From Nitrospirota bacterium (lineage in GTDB: Bacteria; Nitrospirota; UBA9217), in NCBI GenBank assembly GCA_029858565.1, contig JAOUEV010000020.1, forward strand, positions 1 through 51,333: a stretch of 51,333 nucleotides of DNA. Direction: 5' to 3'. Below the pieces are notes generated by a model that worked only from the letters and a program-made list of their open reading frames with translations, searched no databases and was not told the origin of the DNA. Positions 7,458 to 17,950 of the stretch are shown here, piece after piece (the stretch's first letter is position 1; every line of letters begins with the position of its first letter). The translations under genes were made by a program, and so were the position numbers.

Positions 7458-9893
7458 TCAGATTATCAGTGTTTTCATTTCAGATGTTTGATCTGTGCTT
7501 GCACCGAACTGTTCGCTATAGTGGCGTTCGTCGAGATAATAAACTTTGCTCCCCTCCCATACTTCGTAAAGCCTGTCTTTCAACTTCATCATTTCATGTG
7601 GAAACAAGTTAACAGAATACCTTTGAGCTTGTTTCATCAACAAAGCCCGCTTCTCATTTGAACCGCCCACCAATTCCGCAATGATTCGTTCGCCATCTCC
7701 ATACGGCACAATTACTCCTTGAGTCGGCGAGTCAATAACTTTGAAAGCCTTGGCTGCGCTCATAAAAGATTGACGCAGATGAAGCGGCGGGGCCTTTCGT
7801 TGTTCGTTAATGTAAATCTGGACGGATTCCTTGTTTGTGGAAAGCAACGTCAACAAATCATCATTTCTCGTCATATTCGCAATATCGTTGTCGGATACAG
7901 GGAATGCCATTTCATGGACGCGATTGAAGAAGTAATATAAGTAGTAACGTTCCATCACCTTCGGGCTTTGCAAGTCATGATCAAATACAGCTGGATTTTC
8001 ATGATATTCACGCAGGACCCTTTCCGCCGCCTTTTTTGCTTCCATAATGTCCGGTAATTTGCTCAAATCCTCATTCTGCTGATTGACAATAAAAACTCTA
8101 CCGGCTTTCCGTCGTCCGTTGCGGTTACATCGACCAGCCGCCTGGGCGACTGAGTCCAGACCAGCCAGATAACGTATCACGGAGCCGAAATCGATATCTA
8201 CTCCGGCTTCGATCAACTGGGTGCTTATGCAGATAACCGGCGAAGGATTCCTTGGGTCGAGACAGGTCTTTATTTTATCGAGCACGGTCGTACGATGCGC
8301 GGGGCACATACTGGTGCTCAGATGATATACATGTTTCGTTTTTCCATGCAGCAATTGATAAAGTTCCCGCGCCTGAGACTTCTTGTTGACAATTACCAGT
8401 ATGCTTCCACTTTCGACAAGTTCCTTTGCAGCGGTTTCCGCAATTTCAGTAACAGACCATCCGCTGGCCCTACAGCGGTCCTCAATTTTGGCACGGTGCA
8501 GATCTCGAAACAGTTCATCGACGTTAGGCATCATTTCCGGATTATCTGAAAGCGTTGCTGCTCCCTTTTTCGCATCAACTTTATGAAGAAGCGGCTGTGT
8601 TGCTGAACAGAACACAACCGTTGACCCGCACTGGCTGACCAGAAAATTAACGGCATTATTGAACAAATGCACCGTACGAATCGGGATAGTCTGTATCTCG
8701 TCGAAAATAACAACGGAATTGGCAAGTTGGTGCAGGCGGCGAACGCCACGGGTTCCAGAGGCGAAAAGCGTTTCCAGAAATTGTACAGCTGTGGTGAAGA
8801 TAATCGGGGCATCCCAGTTTTCCGCAAGGAGTTTGCTTTCAGGTGTGTCTTGTTCGGGTGTCAGGTTCGAGTGATGTTCCAACACTATCTGTTTACCGGT
8901 CAGCTCAAGAAAAGCAAACAATGCCCGAGCGACTCTGGCATTTTGGTCGATGATCGATGTGTAGGGCAGAACATAAATGATGCGATCCATATCATATTTT
9001 GCTGCATGGTGAAGCGCAAAGCGGAGGCTGGCCAGTGTTTTGCCGCCGCCGGTGGGAACGGTAATCTGGTAAAGCCCTTTTTCTCTGTCGGCGCATTGGA
9101 GACATGACGAGGATATTTTTTCCCTTATTTCGTCAATTTTATTTCGGCTAACAAAACCGTCAAGATTAGCCTCCAGGATGTCAACCAACAGGGTCCAGTC
9201 CGGTTTCACACTTGCGTCACGACCTGCAGAGTTCGTTCTGTCAGCATCGATCAAAGCGCTGAAAAGAAATCGGGCCATGAAGCCAAGCATAAACTGGCCT
9301 ACGCCAACCGACGAAATACCTTCGCGCAATTGTTCAATGCGATGCTGGAATTCACTCTCAGTCGCTGCCGAACCGAGCAGCCCTCGAACACGATTGGATA
9401 TATGACTTTCAACATTATTCAACGTCTCCGCATAATGCGTCTTTTCACGAGACTTCCTGATGCGCTTCGTGAAAACATCCGTGCCGTCCGGTGCGAGGCA
9501 GTCGATCAATCCTGAATGATGAGATGCTATGCAAAGTGCCATCATCTCAGCGGCAATCTTCATGAAGTCGGAATCCCATTCATTCGAAAGAAGATATTGC
9601 GCTCCTGCGGTTGAGTGATCTATCTTGCATCTCATTTCTCGCGTTTCTACATAATCCTCATCATCCGGCTCCATCGTTCCCTGCGCGGATTTGATATACG
9701 CCTGAAAAGCGTTTGAGTACTTGCCGAAATCATGGAGTAAGCCTGTCAGCTCACCGATCATTGGAAGTCCAATCTTTCTGGCGAAGTCAGACGCCAGCTT
9801 TGCTGTCCCCTCCAGATGTTCCATCACACTTTGAGGAGAGGCGTCGGCTTGCTTGTAGCGAGCCACAAACTGAATAGGGTTTACTTCGGTCAT
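7458..9893 (-). CDS. cas3: Cas3 HD nuclease-helicase
   Basis: LHDFGKY, HHSGL and DAD (HD domain); PTGGGKT, DEIQ, SAT and QAAGRCNR (SF2 helicase). Confidence 0.98.
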   Translation of the reverse strand: MTEVNPIQFVARYKQADASPQSVMEHLEGTAKLASDFARKIGLPMIGELTGLLHDFGKYSNAFQAYIKSAQGTMEPDDEDYVETREMRCKIDHSTAGAQYLLSNEWDSDFMKIAAEMMALCIASHHSGLIDCLAPDGTDVFTKRIRKSREKTHYAETLNNVESHISNRVRGLLGSAATESEFQHRIEQLREGISSVGVGQFMLGFMARFLFSALIDADRTNSAGRDASVKPDWTLLVDILEANLDGFVSRNKIDEIREKISSSCLQCADREKGLYQITVPTGGGKTLASLRFALHHAAKYDMDRIIYVLPYTSIIDQNARVARALFAFLELTGKQIVLEHHSNLTPEQDTPESKLLAENWDAPIIFTTAVQFLETLFASGTRGVRRLHQLANSVVIFDEIQTIPIRTVHLFNNAVNFLVSQCGSTVVFCSATQPLLHKVDAKKGAATLSDNPEMMPNVDELFRDLHRAKIEDRCRASGWSVTEIAETAAKELVESGSILVIVNKKSQARELYQLLHGKTKHVYHLSTSMCPAHRTTVLDKIKTCLDPRNPSPVICISTQLIEAGVDIDFGSVIRYLAGLDSVAQAAGRCNRNGRRKAGRVFIVNQQNEDLSKLPDIMEAKKAAERVLREYHENPAVFDHDLQSPKVMERYYLYYFFNRVHEMAFPVSDNDIANMTRNDDLLTLLSTNKESVQIYINEQRKAPPLHLRQSFMSAAKAFKVIDSPTQGVIVPYGDGERIIAELVGGSNEKRALLMKQAQRYSVNLFPHEMMKLKDRLYEVWEGSKVYYLDERHYSEQFGASTDQTSEMKTLII

Positions 9894-9908
9894 TGGAGGA
9901 ATCTCCTC

Positions 9909-10076
9909 TTAATACTTCCCCAGGTCATGCCACAACCCGGCGAGATATCCCCACCCCCCGCTCCCGAACTCGTCGGCGAATCGGGCGGCGCGGTCCGCTG
10001 TCCCGGTCAGGTGATCGCGAAGCAGGTGGCGTCTGCCGTCTTCGGCGATATGCGCTATCGGTTCATCGTGCTTCAT
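9909..10076 (-). pseudogene. 55-aa N-terminal remnant of a second Cas3 HD domain (not in the ORF track)
   Basis: Manual translation MKHDEPIAHIAEDGRRHLLRDHLTGTADRAARFADEFGSGGWGYLAGLWHDLGKY* aligns with the intact Cas3 N-terminus (EHLEGTAKLASDFA...LTGLLHDFGKY). Confidence 0.88.
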
Positions 10077-10335
10077 AATTGTGAGCTGGATGCTTCGGGA
10101 ACTGTCGGGCTGCGTTGCGACCGCGCCCTCTGTTGCGATATCCGTTGACTTTTCGGTACGAGAGAAGCAGGTATGGACAGAGGATAGTCCAGTTCGGGGG
10201 AAAATGCAAGGCGGTTTTCAGACGGGTTTAATCGAGGAAAATCGAACATCACTCCTTACTTTACCGGTTGTTCCATAAGGCACAACAGTATTAACCTGCC
10301 GCGCGATACCGGGCAAAATCACCCCTCGCAGGCAA

Positions 10336-10740
10336 TCATTTGCTCAATTCCCAGCCGCGCCCGGACATCCGTCTCCAGAGCCTCCGCACCCGCATCCCGA
10401 AGGTGATTTTTCCGTCTTGGATCCGGATATCCGCGTAGAACCGCGCCAGCGCCTTGAGCGTTGCTTTGAACAGTTCATCGCGGCCGTCGGTTTTTCCCCG
10501 GCAGATATGATCATGACAGCCGATGGCTGCGGCTTGCACCGGGACGAACAGTTGTATCCGGGAAAGGTCGTCAAGGTCCAGGGGCTTCTTTTCCGCCTCA
10601 AGCTGCATTGCTGCGGAGCGCACGCCGTGCCGGTCTTTCGCGTATTCCTCGTGCCGCAGGGAGAGCAGTTTCTCCCACACCCTGCAGTGCTCCTTTTCCA
10701 CTCCCAGGTCCCGCAGGTTGTCGACATATGCCTTTGGCAC
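10336..10740 (-). CDS. Hypothetical protein
   Basis: 134-aa ORF just downstream of apbE on the same strand; no recognised motif. Confidence 0.55.
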   Translation of the reverse strand: MPKAYVDNLRDLGVEKEHCRVWEKLLSLRHEEYAKDRHGVRSAAMQLEAEKKPLDLDDLSRIQLFVPVQAAAIGCHDHICRGKTDGRDELFKATLKALARFYADIRIQDGKITFGMRVRRLWRRMSGRGWELSK

Positions 10741-10750
10741 GAGAAGTCCC

Positions 10751-11767
10751 CTACTGCGCTTGCTGCTCCTGCATATCCTTGATGCCTTTGCTCATGAACA
10801 CCCTGCCGTCCTCGTCAACGATGATCGCCTCCGCCCCTATCCGGTTCACGATCTGCATTCCCTGATCCGGCCCCAGGATGAACGGGACCTTGGTGAGCGG
10901 ATCGATCAGCGCGCCTTTGGTCCCGATGAGGGTCGAGGAAATGACGCCTTTCGACGGCTTGCCCGTCCGGGGATCGATGATATGGTGATACCGTTTGCTC
11001 TCTCTAATGACGAACCGCTCATAATCCCCTGATGTCGAGACATAGCGGTCGCTCAGGTCGAGCACCGCCAGGACCGTGTCCTTGTCCCGGGGATGCTGGA
11101 CCCCGATCTTCCAGGGCGTGCCGTCCTCGCGACGGCCGAGCGCCCATATGTCGCCGGCAACCGCGATGAGCGCATTATTGATCCCGCGCTTCCGCATGAG
11201 ATCAGCGACACGGTCCGCCAGGTAGCCTTTCATGCCGCCGAGGTCCATGATCATGCCCTGCTTTTTCAGGAAGAGGGTCGAGGCCTTCCGGTCGATAACG
11301 ATGTTCCGGTAGTTCACCAGCGGCCGGACCCGGGCGATCTCCTTGTCCGTCGGGACCGCACCCTCCTTGAGCCGCATCTGCCAGAGCACCACGAGCGGCC
11401 CGACCGTGATGTCGAATGCGCCTTTCGAGAGCATCGACACCTCGTTCGCGGCGGTCACAATCTCGATCATCTCCCGGGAGACCTTGACCGCCCGCTTTCC
11501 CGCTGCCTTGTTCACCGCGGTGATCTCGCTGCTGTCCTTGTAGAGCGACATCATGGCGTCGAAACGCTTGAGCTCGGCCATGCCTGCCTCGATAGCGGCC
11601 TCGCCTTGGGCGGCCGTGGGCGCCACGACAGTGATGGTCACGTTCGTGCCCATGATCGGCTCGGTCTTCTGCATGGTGCGGGAGCGGGAGCAGGAAGCGG
11701 CGGAAAGGGCCGCACAGAGGAAAAGGACGATAAGCGCTATACGGTGATGCAAGGATGCTCCTGACAA
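10751..11767 (-). CDS. apbE: FAD:protein FMN transferase (ApbE lipoprotein)
   Basis: Lipobox AASC; MGT, FDITVGPL, DLGGMKGY, STSGDYER and YHHIIDPRTG motifs. Confidence 0.95.
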   Translation of the reverse strand: MSGASLHHRIALIVLFLCAALSAASCSRSRTMQKTEPIMGTNVTITVVAPTAAQGEAAIEAGMAELKRFDAMMSLYKDSSEITAVNKAAGKRAVKVSREMIEIVTAANEVSMLSKGAFDITVGPLVVLWQMRLKEGAVPTDKEIARVRPLVNYRNIVIDRKASTLFLKKQGMIMDLGGMKGYLADRVADLMRKRGINNALIAVAGDIWALGRREDGTPWKIGVQHPRDKDTVLAVLDLSDRYVSTSGDYERFVIRESKRYHHIIDPRTGKPSKGVISSTLIGTKGALIDPLTKVPFILGPDQGMQIVNRIGAEAIIVDEDGRVFMSKGIKDMQEQQAQ

Positions 11768-11809
11768 AAAAGGGGATTCCGAGCAGGGAGAGGGAATATG
11801 CGAGGCGGT

Positions 11810-12586
11810 CTATTCTTTCTTGCCGCCCGACTTTTTCCGCGCGAGCAAGGCCCGCGCCGCGGTACGCACGGCATTGGACACGCTCTTGCTCTTTTCGAGC
11901 ATGGCCAGGTCCTTGTCGCCCATTCGAGGAACGAAGCCCACGGCGATACCGACGGGACAGCGGGGATTGTGCACCAGGGCATGAGCGATCGAGGCCTTCT
12001 TGGTCCACTCACTGTTCATGCCGATCTTGCGCAGCACATCCTCGGACAGGTTCGTGGACTTGGCGAAAAATTCGATCTCATTGTCTTTGATCTGCGGATT
12101 GGCAAGGACCGCCTGGGATATCTGCTTGTTCGACTCCCGGATGAGCAAACCCCTGGCCTCTTTGCCGCCGGAGATGGCGAGCTTGATCTTCTGCGGCGTG
12201 GTCATGCGGTTGACCATTTGCGTTACGTTCAGCTTCTTCTTCTTGCCGGCATCAGCTGCGGCCTGGCCGGGCGCTTCATCGGTCACCACGTCCATGACCC
12301 GCGTTCCGGCAATGAAGTTTTTGATCTCGTCCGAAGCTGTCAGCGCGATGAACGCGAGGGTCGTCTCGGAGAGGTTGGGGCAGCGGACCAGATCGCGCAG
12401 GATGTACTCATCATCGCAATAGACCTGGGCTATACGGTCAAGGACATGGGTACTCGTATGGGCATCGAGAACGATGCTCCGCAAAGCGATCGGAGAACAG
12501 TGTTCGATGTCCAGGGGGAGAAGCTTGCGCTTTCTGCTTCTTGTAAGGATGGCGGTCCAGCGGGAGTATGGGTCCATGGTCCTCAT
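11810..12586 (-). CDS. Conserved hypothetical alpha-helical repeat protein
   Basis: Repeated L-x-x-N-P helical motifs (VLANP, LVHNP); natural-looking composition. Confidence 0.7.
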   Translation of the reverse strand: MRTMDPYSRWTAILTRSRKRKLLPLDIEHCSPIALRSIVLDAHTSTHVLDRIAQVYCDDEYILRDLVRCPNLSETTLAFIALTASDEIKNFIAGTRVMDVVTDEAPGQAAADAGKKKKLNVTQMVNRMTTPQKIKLAISGGKEARGLLIRESNKQISQAVLANPQIKDNEIEFFAKSTNLSEDVLRKIGMNSEWTKKASIAHALVHNPRCPVGIAVGFVPRMGDKDLAMLEKSKSVSNAVRTAARALLARKKSGGKKE

Positions 12587-12694
12587 TGCCGCGACAGGCG
12601 GCGGTCTTTGCTGGGATACGGTACGATGAAAATTATACTGAGGCCCACTCGCCTTGTCAAGCAGGCCGGGCGCCCCTTCGGGACAACGACAGGT

Positions 12695-12910
12695 CTATTT
12701 TACGACCTTGTATCCCGCATCAACAACCGCGGTGGAAAGCGCGTCTATATTCACCTTCGCCTCGTCAAAGGTCACCGCGGCCTCCGCTTTGCCCAGGTCC
12801 ACCAGCGCATCCTGCACTCCCGCGACACCCTTGAGCGCCTTCTGAACCCGCATGGAGCAATGGTTGCAGGTCATTCCCTGTATCTTCAAGGTGGCTTTCG
12901 TCATGTTCAA
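12695..12910 (-). CDS. copZ: Heavy-metal (copper) chaperone, HMA domain
   Basis: GMTCNHC metal-binding motif and C-terminal AGY; about 70 aa. Confidence 0.92.
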   Translation of the reverse strand: MNMTKATLKIQGMTCNHCSMRVQKALKGVAGVQDALVDLGKAEAAVTFDEAKVNIDALSTAVVDAGYKVVK

Positions 12911-13087
12911 CCTCCCAATGAGTTTAGATTTGCTGCAACGGTCTATCTTACCCCCTTTCCGTCAGACTCGAAAGCATTATTCCCGGGAGCGCGGCAGAAG
13001 ATCTCCATGAGCAGGACGGCCTTAGGCGGCCGCAGAACCTGCTGCCGCCGCACAGGATCGCTCCGGAAATTCCCTGTTATCATGGTT

Positions 13088-14440
13088 CTACTTGAGACCG
13101 TATTTCTCCATTCGATAGATAAGCGTCGGACGGCTTATGCGAAGAAACTCAGCCGCCCGCGTCTGGTTCCCCTTGTGCTTATCCAGCGCCTTGATGATGA
13201 GGTTCTTTTCCAGTTCCTCAAGCGACACCCCGTCATCAGGAAGGTTCAGGATAATGTCGTCGACAGAACCTCCGGAACGCAGCATTTTGTCCGGCAGGTC
13301 CTGCAGGCCGATCCGGTCCGTCCGGCGCAGGACCGAAGCCCGTTCGATCACGTTCTCCAGTTCTCGCACATTGCCCGGCCAGCCGTAATTTATGAGGGCG
13401 GCTCGCGCATCACCGTCGACGACGACCGCGGCGCCGGGATTGTATTTCTTTATGAAGTGATCTATCAGCAAGGGGATGTCATCTCTCCGGTCACGAAGAG
13501 GAGGCATCAAGAGCGTGATAACGCTGAGCCGGTAGAAGAGGTCTTCTCGAAAACGCCCTTCCTTGACCTCCCGCTCAAGGTCCCGGTTCGTGGCGGCAAT
13601 GACGCGCACATTGACCGGTTCCGGACCTGCCCCGCCGACACGGTCAACGGTCCGTTCCTGCAGCACCCGCAGGATCTTCGCCTGCAGGTCGACCCGCAGT
13701 TCCCCGATCTCGTCCAGGAAGATCGTGCCGCCGTCGGCAAGCTCGAACTTTCCTTCTTTGTTCTTCACCGCGCCGGTGAACGCTCCCTTGACATGTCCGA
13801 AGAGCTCGCTCTCGATGAGCGTTTCGGGGATCGCTGCGCAGTTCACCGCGACGAACGGACCGGCAGATCTTGTCCCGCTGTAGTGGATCCCCCTCGCGAT
13901 CACTTCCTTGCCTGTGCCGCTTTCACCGGTGATCAGGACCGTGGTATCGCTTCCCGCGACCCGCCCCGCCACGTCGAGCACAGCCTGGAATTTTTCGCTC
14001 GACCCGATGACCCCGTCGAAACGGTATTTATCCATCACTTCGGCGCGAAGCCGGACATTCTCCCGCTCCAGCCCCCGGAAGCGGAAGGCCCGCTCGAGCG
14101 TCAGCCTGAGTTCGTCGCGATTGAATGGTTTGGTGATGTAGTCGAAAGCCCCCTGTTTCATGGCATCGACAGCGCTCTCAATGGTCCCGTACGCGGTCAT
14201 GACGACGACCGGCAGGCCGGGATCCGCCGCATGCACGCGCCGGAGGACCTCCAGCCCGTCCATTCCGGGCATGGTGATATCCGTGATAACGGCGTCTGCA
14301 GGCTCTTTCTCAAGCAGGGCAATCCCCTCCTCGCCGCTGGCTGCCGGCAGCACGCGGTATCCCGCCTCGGTCAGACTGAACTCGATCACGCGACGCAGGC
14401 TCGAGTCATCATCGATCAGAAGGATCGACTCCTTTTTCAT
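13088..14440 (-). CDS. Sigma54-dependent response regulator (NtrC/AtoC/ZraR family)
   Basis: Receiver domain (DDD, D-ITMP, KP), [22 protein letters not shown] and Fis-type HTH. Confidence 0.96.
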   Translation of the reverse strand: MKKESILLIDDDSSLRRVIEFSLTEAGYRVLPAASGEEGIALLEKEPADAVITDITMPGMDGLEVLRRVHAADPGLPVVVMTAYGTIESAVDAMKQGAFDYITKPFNRDELRLTLERAFRFRGLERENVRLRAEVMDKYRFDGVIGSSEKFQAVLDVAGRVAGSDTTVLITGESGTGKEVIARGIHYSGTRSAGPFVAVNCAAIPETLIESELFGHVKGAFTGAVKNKEGKFELADGGTIFLDEIGELRVDLQAKILRVLQERTVDRVGGAGPEPVNVRVIAATNRDLEREVKEGRFREDLFYRLSVITLLMPPLRDRRDDIPLLIDHFIKKYNPGAAVVVDGDARAALINYGWPGNVRELENVIERASVLRRTDRIGLQDLPDKMLRSGGSVDDIILNLPDDGVSLEELEKNLIIKALDKHKGNQTRAAEFLRISRPTLIYRMEKYGLK

Positions 14441-15621
14441 GCCGTCTCTCCCTTTATTCCCTGGCGGGCGGGCAGGCTGATCGTGAAGATCGATCCGCGC
14501 CCGGCTTCGCTCGACACATCGATTGTACCGCCGTGGTTCTGGATAATACGGTAGGTTATGGCGAGTCCGAGCCCGGTCCCGTCCTTCTTCGTGGTAAAGA
14601 AGGGACTGAACAGCTTCGCCCGGTTCTCCGGGGATATTCCGATGCCGCTGTCAGCTATGAGCACCTGGAGCTTCCCTTCCCGGATCGTGGTCTGAACGGT
14701 CAGCATACCCCCCCGGGGCATCGCCTGGACAGCGTTCAGTATGATGTTCAGGAATGCCTGTTTCAACAGCCCCGCATCAAGATGTCTGCGTGCTATCAAC
14801 CGGTCGAGCTTGCGTTCGACCGTGATGTTACCCTTGCGAACAGCCTGGGCTGTCAGTGAGAGAACACCTTCCAGCACGTCGTTGATATCAGTTTCCAGGA
14901 ATTCCGGCTGGCGGGGACGGGCGAAATCGAGGAAATCCTGGACAATGCCGTTCAGCCGGTCGGTCTCCTTCAGAAGGATCTGAACGAACTCCTGCTTCGG
15001 ATCGCCCGGTCCATAATCACCCTGCAGGATCTCCGCAGCGCCCTTGATTGCGCCCAGGGGGTTCCTGATCTCATGGGCAACCCCTGCTGACAGGGTTCCC
15101 AGGGCGGACAACCGGTCTGCCCTGCGGAGCTGCTCCTCGGTCTGAAAAAGGATGTCGGTCTGTTCCCTCAGTTTGCGATGGGAATCATCAAGACGCTTGA
15201 TGGCTTCCTCATAACGGAGCCGCTGGTTCCGCTCCATCTGGCTCAGAACGCCGGTTATCCCGCCGATGAGCAGGAACAGGAAAATTTCCACATAATTGTA
15301 GATATCGAGGAAAGGATCGTGCCAGTGCTGGAACAGATGAGGGGAGAACAGCAATGCGGAAATGATCGATACGGATACGCCGCCCTTGATACCGAACCAA
15401 TAGGCAGCCAGAAGGATGGGCACCAGGTAGAGATGTCCAAGAATGCCGTGCAGCATGCCGGTACCGCCGTGCCCGGTCCCCGGCCCTCCGACCATATAAT
15501 GGAGAAGCGAGATCAAGGCAAGAAGCCCGACCAGAATATACAATGACCTATAGTTCAATCGTCCTACCACGTTTTGGGAACTCCGGCACCGGCCCGATCC
15601 TGGCTGTCTGAACATAAACAA
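14437..15621 (-). CDS. Membrane-bound sensor histidine kinase (true start may be downstream)
   Basis: Several TM helices with His residues, AHEIRNPL H-box, N box, DSGIG and GTGLGL G boxes; ATGA-coupled to the regulator. Confidence 0.94.
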   Translation of the reverse strand: MFMFRQPGSGRCRSSQNVVGRLNYRSLYILVGLLALISLLHYMVGGPGTGHGGTGMLHGILGHLYLVPILLAAYWFGIKGGVSVSIISALLFSPHLFQHWHDPFLDIYNYVEIFLFLLIGGITGVLSQMERNQRLRYEEAIKRLDDSHRKLREQTDILFQTEEQLRRADRLSALGTLSAGVAHEIRNPLGAIKGAAEILQGDYGPGDPKQEFVQILLKETDRLNGIVQDFLDFARPRQPEFLETDINDVLEGVLSLTAQAVRKGNITVERKLDRLIARRHLDAGLLKQAFLNIILNAVQAMPRGGMLTVQTTIREGKLQVLIADSGIGISPENRAKLFSPFFTTKKDGTGLGLAITYRIIQNHGGTIDVSSEAGRGSIFTISLPARQGIKGETA

Positions 15622-15814
15622 GATATCGTCTTTTTCAATGATCGAGCAGTTTTTCTCACGTTGTCATGTATGGTTATTGTACCGTACCCAGACCTGTTTG
15701 CAAAGACGAAATCGGCGTCCCGGGGGTGAGCGCGTCCAGTGACAGGGCGCTAACTGCTGGTAATCTATCCTAAAATTACAGCTTTAATCTCGACCTGCCG
15801 CGCAGAATAGGTCC

Positions 15815-15843
15815 TTGACAAGCTCCCGGCAATTTGCTAAAGT
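15815..15843 (+). promoter_or_regulatory. Putative sigma70 promoter
   Basis: TTGACA, 17 nt, TAAAGT upstream of a GGAGGT RBS and ATG 15880. Confidence 0.55.
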
Positions 15844-15879
15844 GCATACATTCTAAAAAGGAAGGGAGGTGACACCTAC

Positions 15880-16101
15880 ATGAAGAAGATTATTGCTCTG
15901 TTCACGGCAATGGCGTTCGCCCTGACCCTCGGCGTTGCATTCGCAGAGGAGAAGGCGGCGGCCCCGGCGGCTCCGGCTGCTGAGAAGAAGGCTGAAGCTC
16001 CTGCAAAGAAGGAGAAGAAGGCCAAGAAGAAGAAGGCCAAGAAGGCTGAGAAGAAGGCTGAGGCTGCTCCGGCCCCGGCAGCTGCTCCGGCAGCGAAGTA
16101 A
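15880..16101 (+). CDS. Small secreted Ala/Lys/Pro-rich low-complexity protein
   Basis: Signal peptide ending AFA, strong RBS, own promoter and terminator. Confidence 0.85.
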   Translation: MKKIIALFTAMAFALTLGVAFAEEKAAAPAAPAAEKKAEAPAKKEKKAKKKKAKKAEKKAEAAPAPAAAPAAK

Positions 16102-16156
16102 TGTTATACCGCTTATTTATTATCCCGAGCGGGAACATGAATTCTTAAATGTAGTT

Positions 16157-16187
16157 GGCAGGCGATGTTACATCGCCTGCCTTTTTT
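16157..16187 (+). terminator. Rho-independent terminator
   Basis: ggcaggcgatg-tta-catcgcctgcc 11-bp stem followed by tttttt. Confidence 0.88.
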
Positions 16188-16193
16188 CATGCC

Positions 16194-16853
16194 CTATTCC
16201 CACCATAAGTATAATCGTTTCGTTGCTTTCAGGTCCTTTACGAGTTCAACCACCGTGCCCAGGTCCTCATCGACCGCATCGGGACAGAAGTCATACACAT
16301 CGTCGGCAAATGATTTCACATCCATAGGCAGTGTACGGAACTGCAGTTCCACCCAGTCATGCTCGGCACCTATTATATCAAAGGGGAACCGCTTTTCCCA
16401 TGCCTTCAGTTTTTCAATGACTTCATCGTGACTGACGTCATCCTCCTCCCCGTTCGTATACATGATCCGGAGTATGTCGTATTGGTCAGTGCCCTTGATG
16501 ATGCCGATCCGGTCCGTCTTGATCGCTTCATTGATGTCCACGATAAAGGCCATCCCGTGAAGCGGGGAAAGACGGGTACGAAGCGATGCCAGTACCTGCT
16601 CGGTCCTGGATTCAGGCACAGAGACCACGATGCCCCGTGCCATGATCTGAAAGCCCTTTTCATCGTAGCCGCTCAATCGGTGAAGAGCGCTCTTCGATTC
16701 TTCTTTTACGATCTGGACGATCTCACGTTCGAGGCACACCTGGACCGCGAGCTGCGCCTCCGCAGGCGTGAGAACCGCGGGCTCGGCCGAGGTGAATCGC
16801 GAGAACAGAAACAACAGGCCAAACAAAACCATGAACGCACGAAGTCCTGTCAT
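16194..16853 (-). CDS. Secreted DUF4253-like protein
   Basis: Signal peptide; C-terminal FCPDAV...LYLWW pattern. Confidence 0.75.
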   Translation of the reverse strand: MTGLRAFMVLFGLLFLFSRFTSAEPAVLTPAEAQLAVQVCLEREIVQIVKEESKSALHRLSGYDEKGFQIMARGIVVSVPESRTEQVLASLRTRLSPLHGMAFIVDINEAIKTDRIGIIKGTDQYDILRIMYTNGEEDDVSHDEVIEKLKAWEKRFPFDIIGAEHDWVELQFRTLPMDVKSFADDVYDFCPDAVDEDLGTVVELVKDLKATKRLYLWWE

Positions 16854-17030
16854 CGAAACGACCTCTCCCTGTGGCGCTGATAGTTATGAACCTGCAACCG
16901 CATGAACGTGCGGCATAGTAGCATACCGTATGCGGAAAAACAATGCGGAAACCGCCACCAGCAGGTTGAACCAAGCGCCTGTTCCGGCGAAATCCGGCAG
17001 CGTCCCGGAACGCGGCGCACCAGCGGGCTC

Positions 17031-17059
17031 TTGTCTTTACAACCTGCCTGCGGTATAAT
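17031..17059 (+). promoter_or_regulatory. Putative sigma70 promoter of greB
   Basis: TTGTCT, 17 nt, TATAAT. Confidence 0.6.
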
Positions 17060-17110
17060 CCGCTTCGGCTGCGGACCGGCCGAATCCATTCGCAACGGGA
17101 TACATGAGCT

Positions 17111-17623
17111 ATGAGCAGACACCAACCAGCGCACCGGCTTCTATCAAAACACATAACACCTGAGGGCAAGCAGCGCTTGGTGGACGAGTTCAACCAGCTC
17201 TGGAAGGTTAAACGACCGGAAGTGACCGCAGCCCTTGCCGCCGCTGCCGCGGAAGGCGACCGCTCGGAGAACGCGGAATATATCTATCGAAAGAAACAGC
17301 TTCGCGAGATCGACAGCCGCATCCATTTCCTGAAATCGCGCCTTGAAGATCTGGTGGTCGTTGACACCGCTCCGACGGATACCAGCCGGGTCTTCTTCGG
17401 TGCGTGGGTGCGGCTCGAGGACGGAGACGGGAACCGGGTGGAGTATCGCATCGTTGGTCCTGATGAGTTCGATCCTGACCGGGGCTATATCAGTATGGAT
17501 TCACCCATGGCCCGCGCGCTTATGAAAAAGAACGAGGGCGACGAGGTCGTGGTGAAGCGGCCGAAGGGCGACGCGGTCTTCACGGTCCTGACCGTCTCGT
17601 ACCGGCCTTTTGATCGATCCTGA
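17111..17623 (+). CDS. greB: Transcription elongation factor GreB
   Basis: ITPEG...[36 protein letters not shown] and [11 protein letters not shown] motifs. Confidence 0.95.
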   Translation: MSRHQPAHRLLSKHITPEGKQRLVDEFNQLWKVKRPEVTAALAAAAAEGDRSENAEYIYRKKQLREIDSRIHFLKSRLEDLVVVDTAPTDTSRVFFGAWVRLEDGDGNRVEYRIVGPDEFDPDRGYISMDSPMARALMKKNEGDEVVVKRPKGDAVFTVLTVSYRPFDRS

Positions 17624-17657
17624 CGTTGTAACGCACTCCCGAGCAGCGAGGCTACCC

Positions 17658-17906
17658 ATGATCGAAACGATCTCTTTTCTCCTTGGTATTGGTTTCAGCT
17701 GGCTGGTGTACGAGCGGACCATAAGGTCCGGTCCTTTCTCGACCGGCAGGAAGGTCCTTTACGCCGTGATTTCCACGATCGGCATCACCGGCACCATCTG
17801 GCTCAGCGGCGTCCTCATCGCACACTTTCTCAGAAAACTGCAGGTCCTGGGATGCATGATGCTCAGGGAATATTCCCTTGACCGTATTTTTATCATCCCG
17901 GTATGA
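17658..17906 (+). CDS. Small hypothetical membrane protein (3' end uncertain)
   Basis: GAGG RBS and two hydrophobic segments; the tail overlaps the next promoter. Confidence 0.4.
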   Translation: MIETISFLLGIGFSWLVYERTIRSGPFSTGRKVLYAVISTIGITGTIWLSGVLIAHFLRKLQVLGCMMLREYSLDRIFIIPV

Positions 17907-17917
17907 TGTGCTATAAT
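17878..17917 (+). promoter_or_regulatory. Putative sigma70 promoter(s)
   Basis: TTGACC-18-TATGAT and an extended -10 TGcTATAAT (17909-17917). Confidence 0.55.
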
Positions 17918-17950
17918 TGATAGTCATTACTTTTTTTGCAGGAGGAGTCT

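Noticed and set aside
11798-14554. 918-aa plus-strand ORF
   Set aside because: Antisense shadow of the response regulator, copZ and the hypothetical gene in GC-rich DNA; no motifs and unnatural composition.
16159-16171. 13-mer caggcgatgttac repeated at 50768-50780
   Set aside because: Exact 13-mer matches are expected by chance in 51 kb; the contexts are unrelated.
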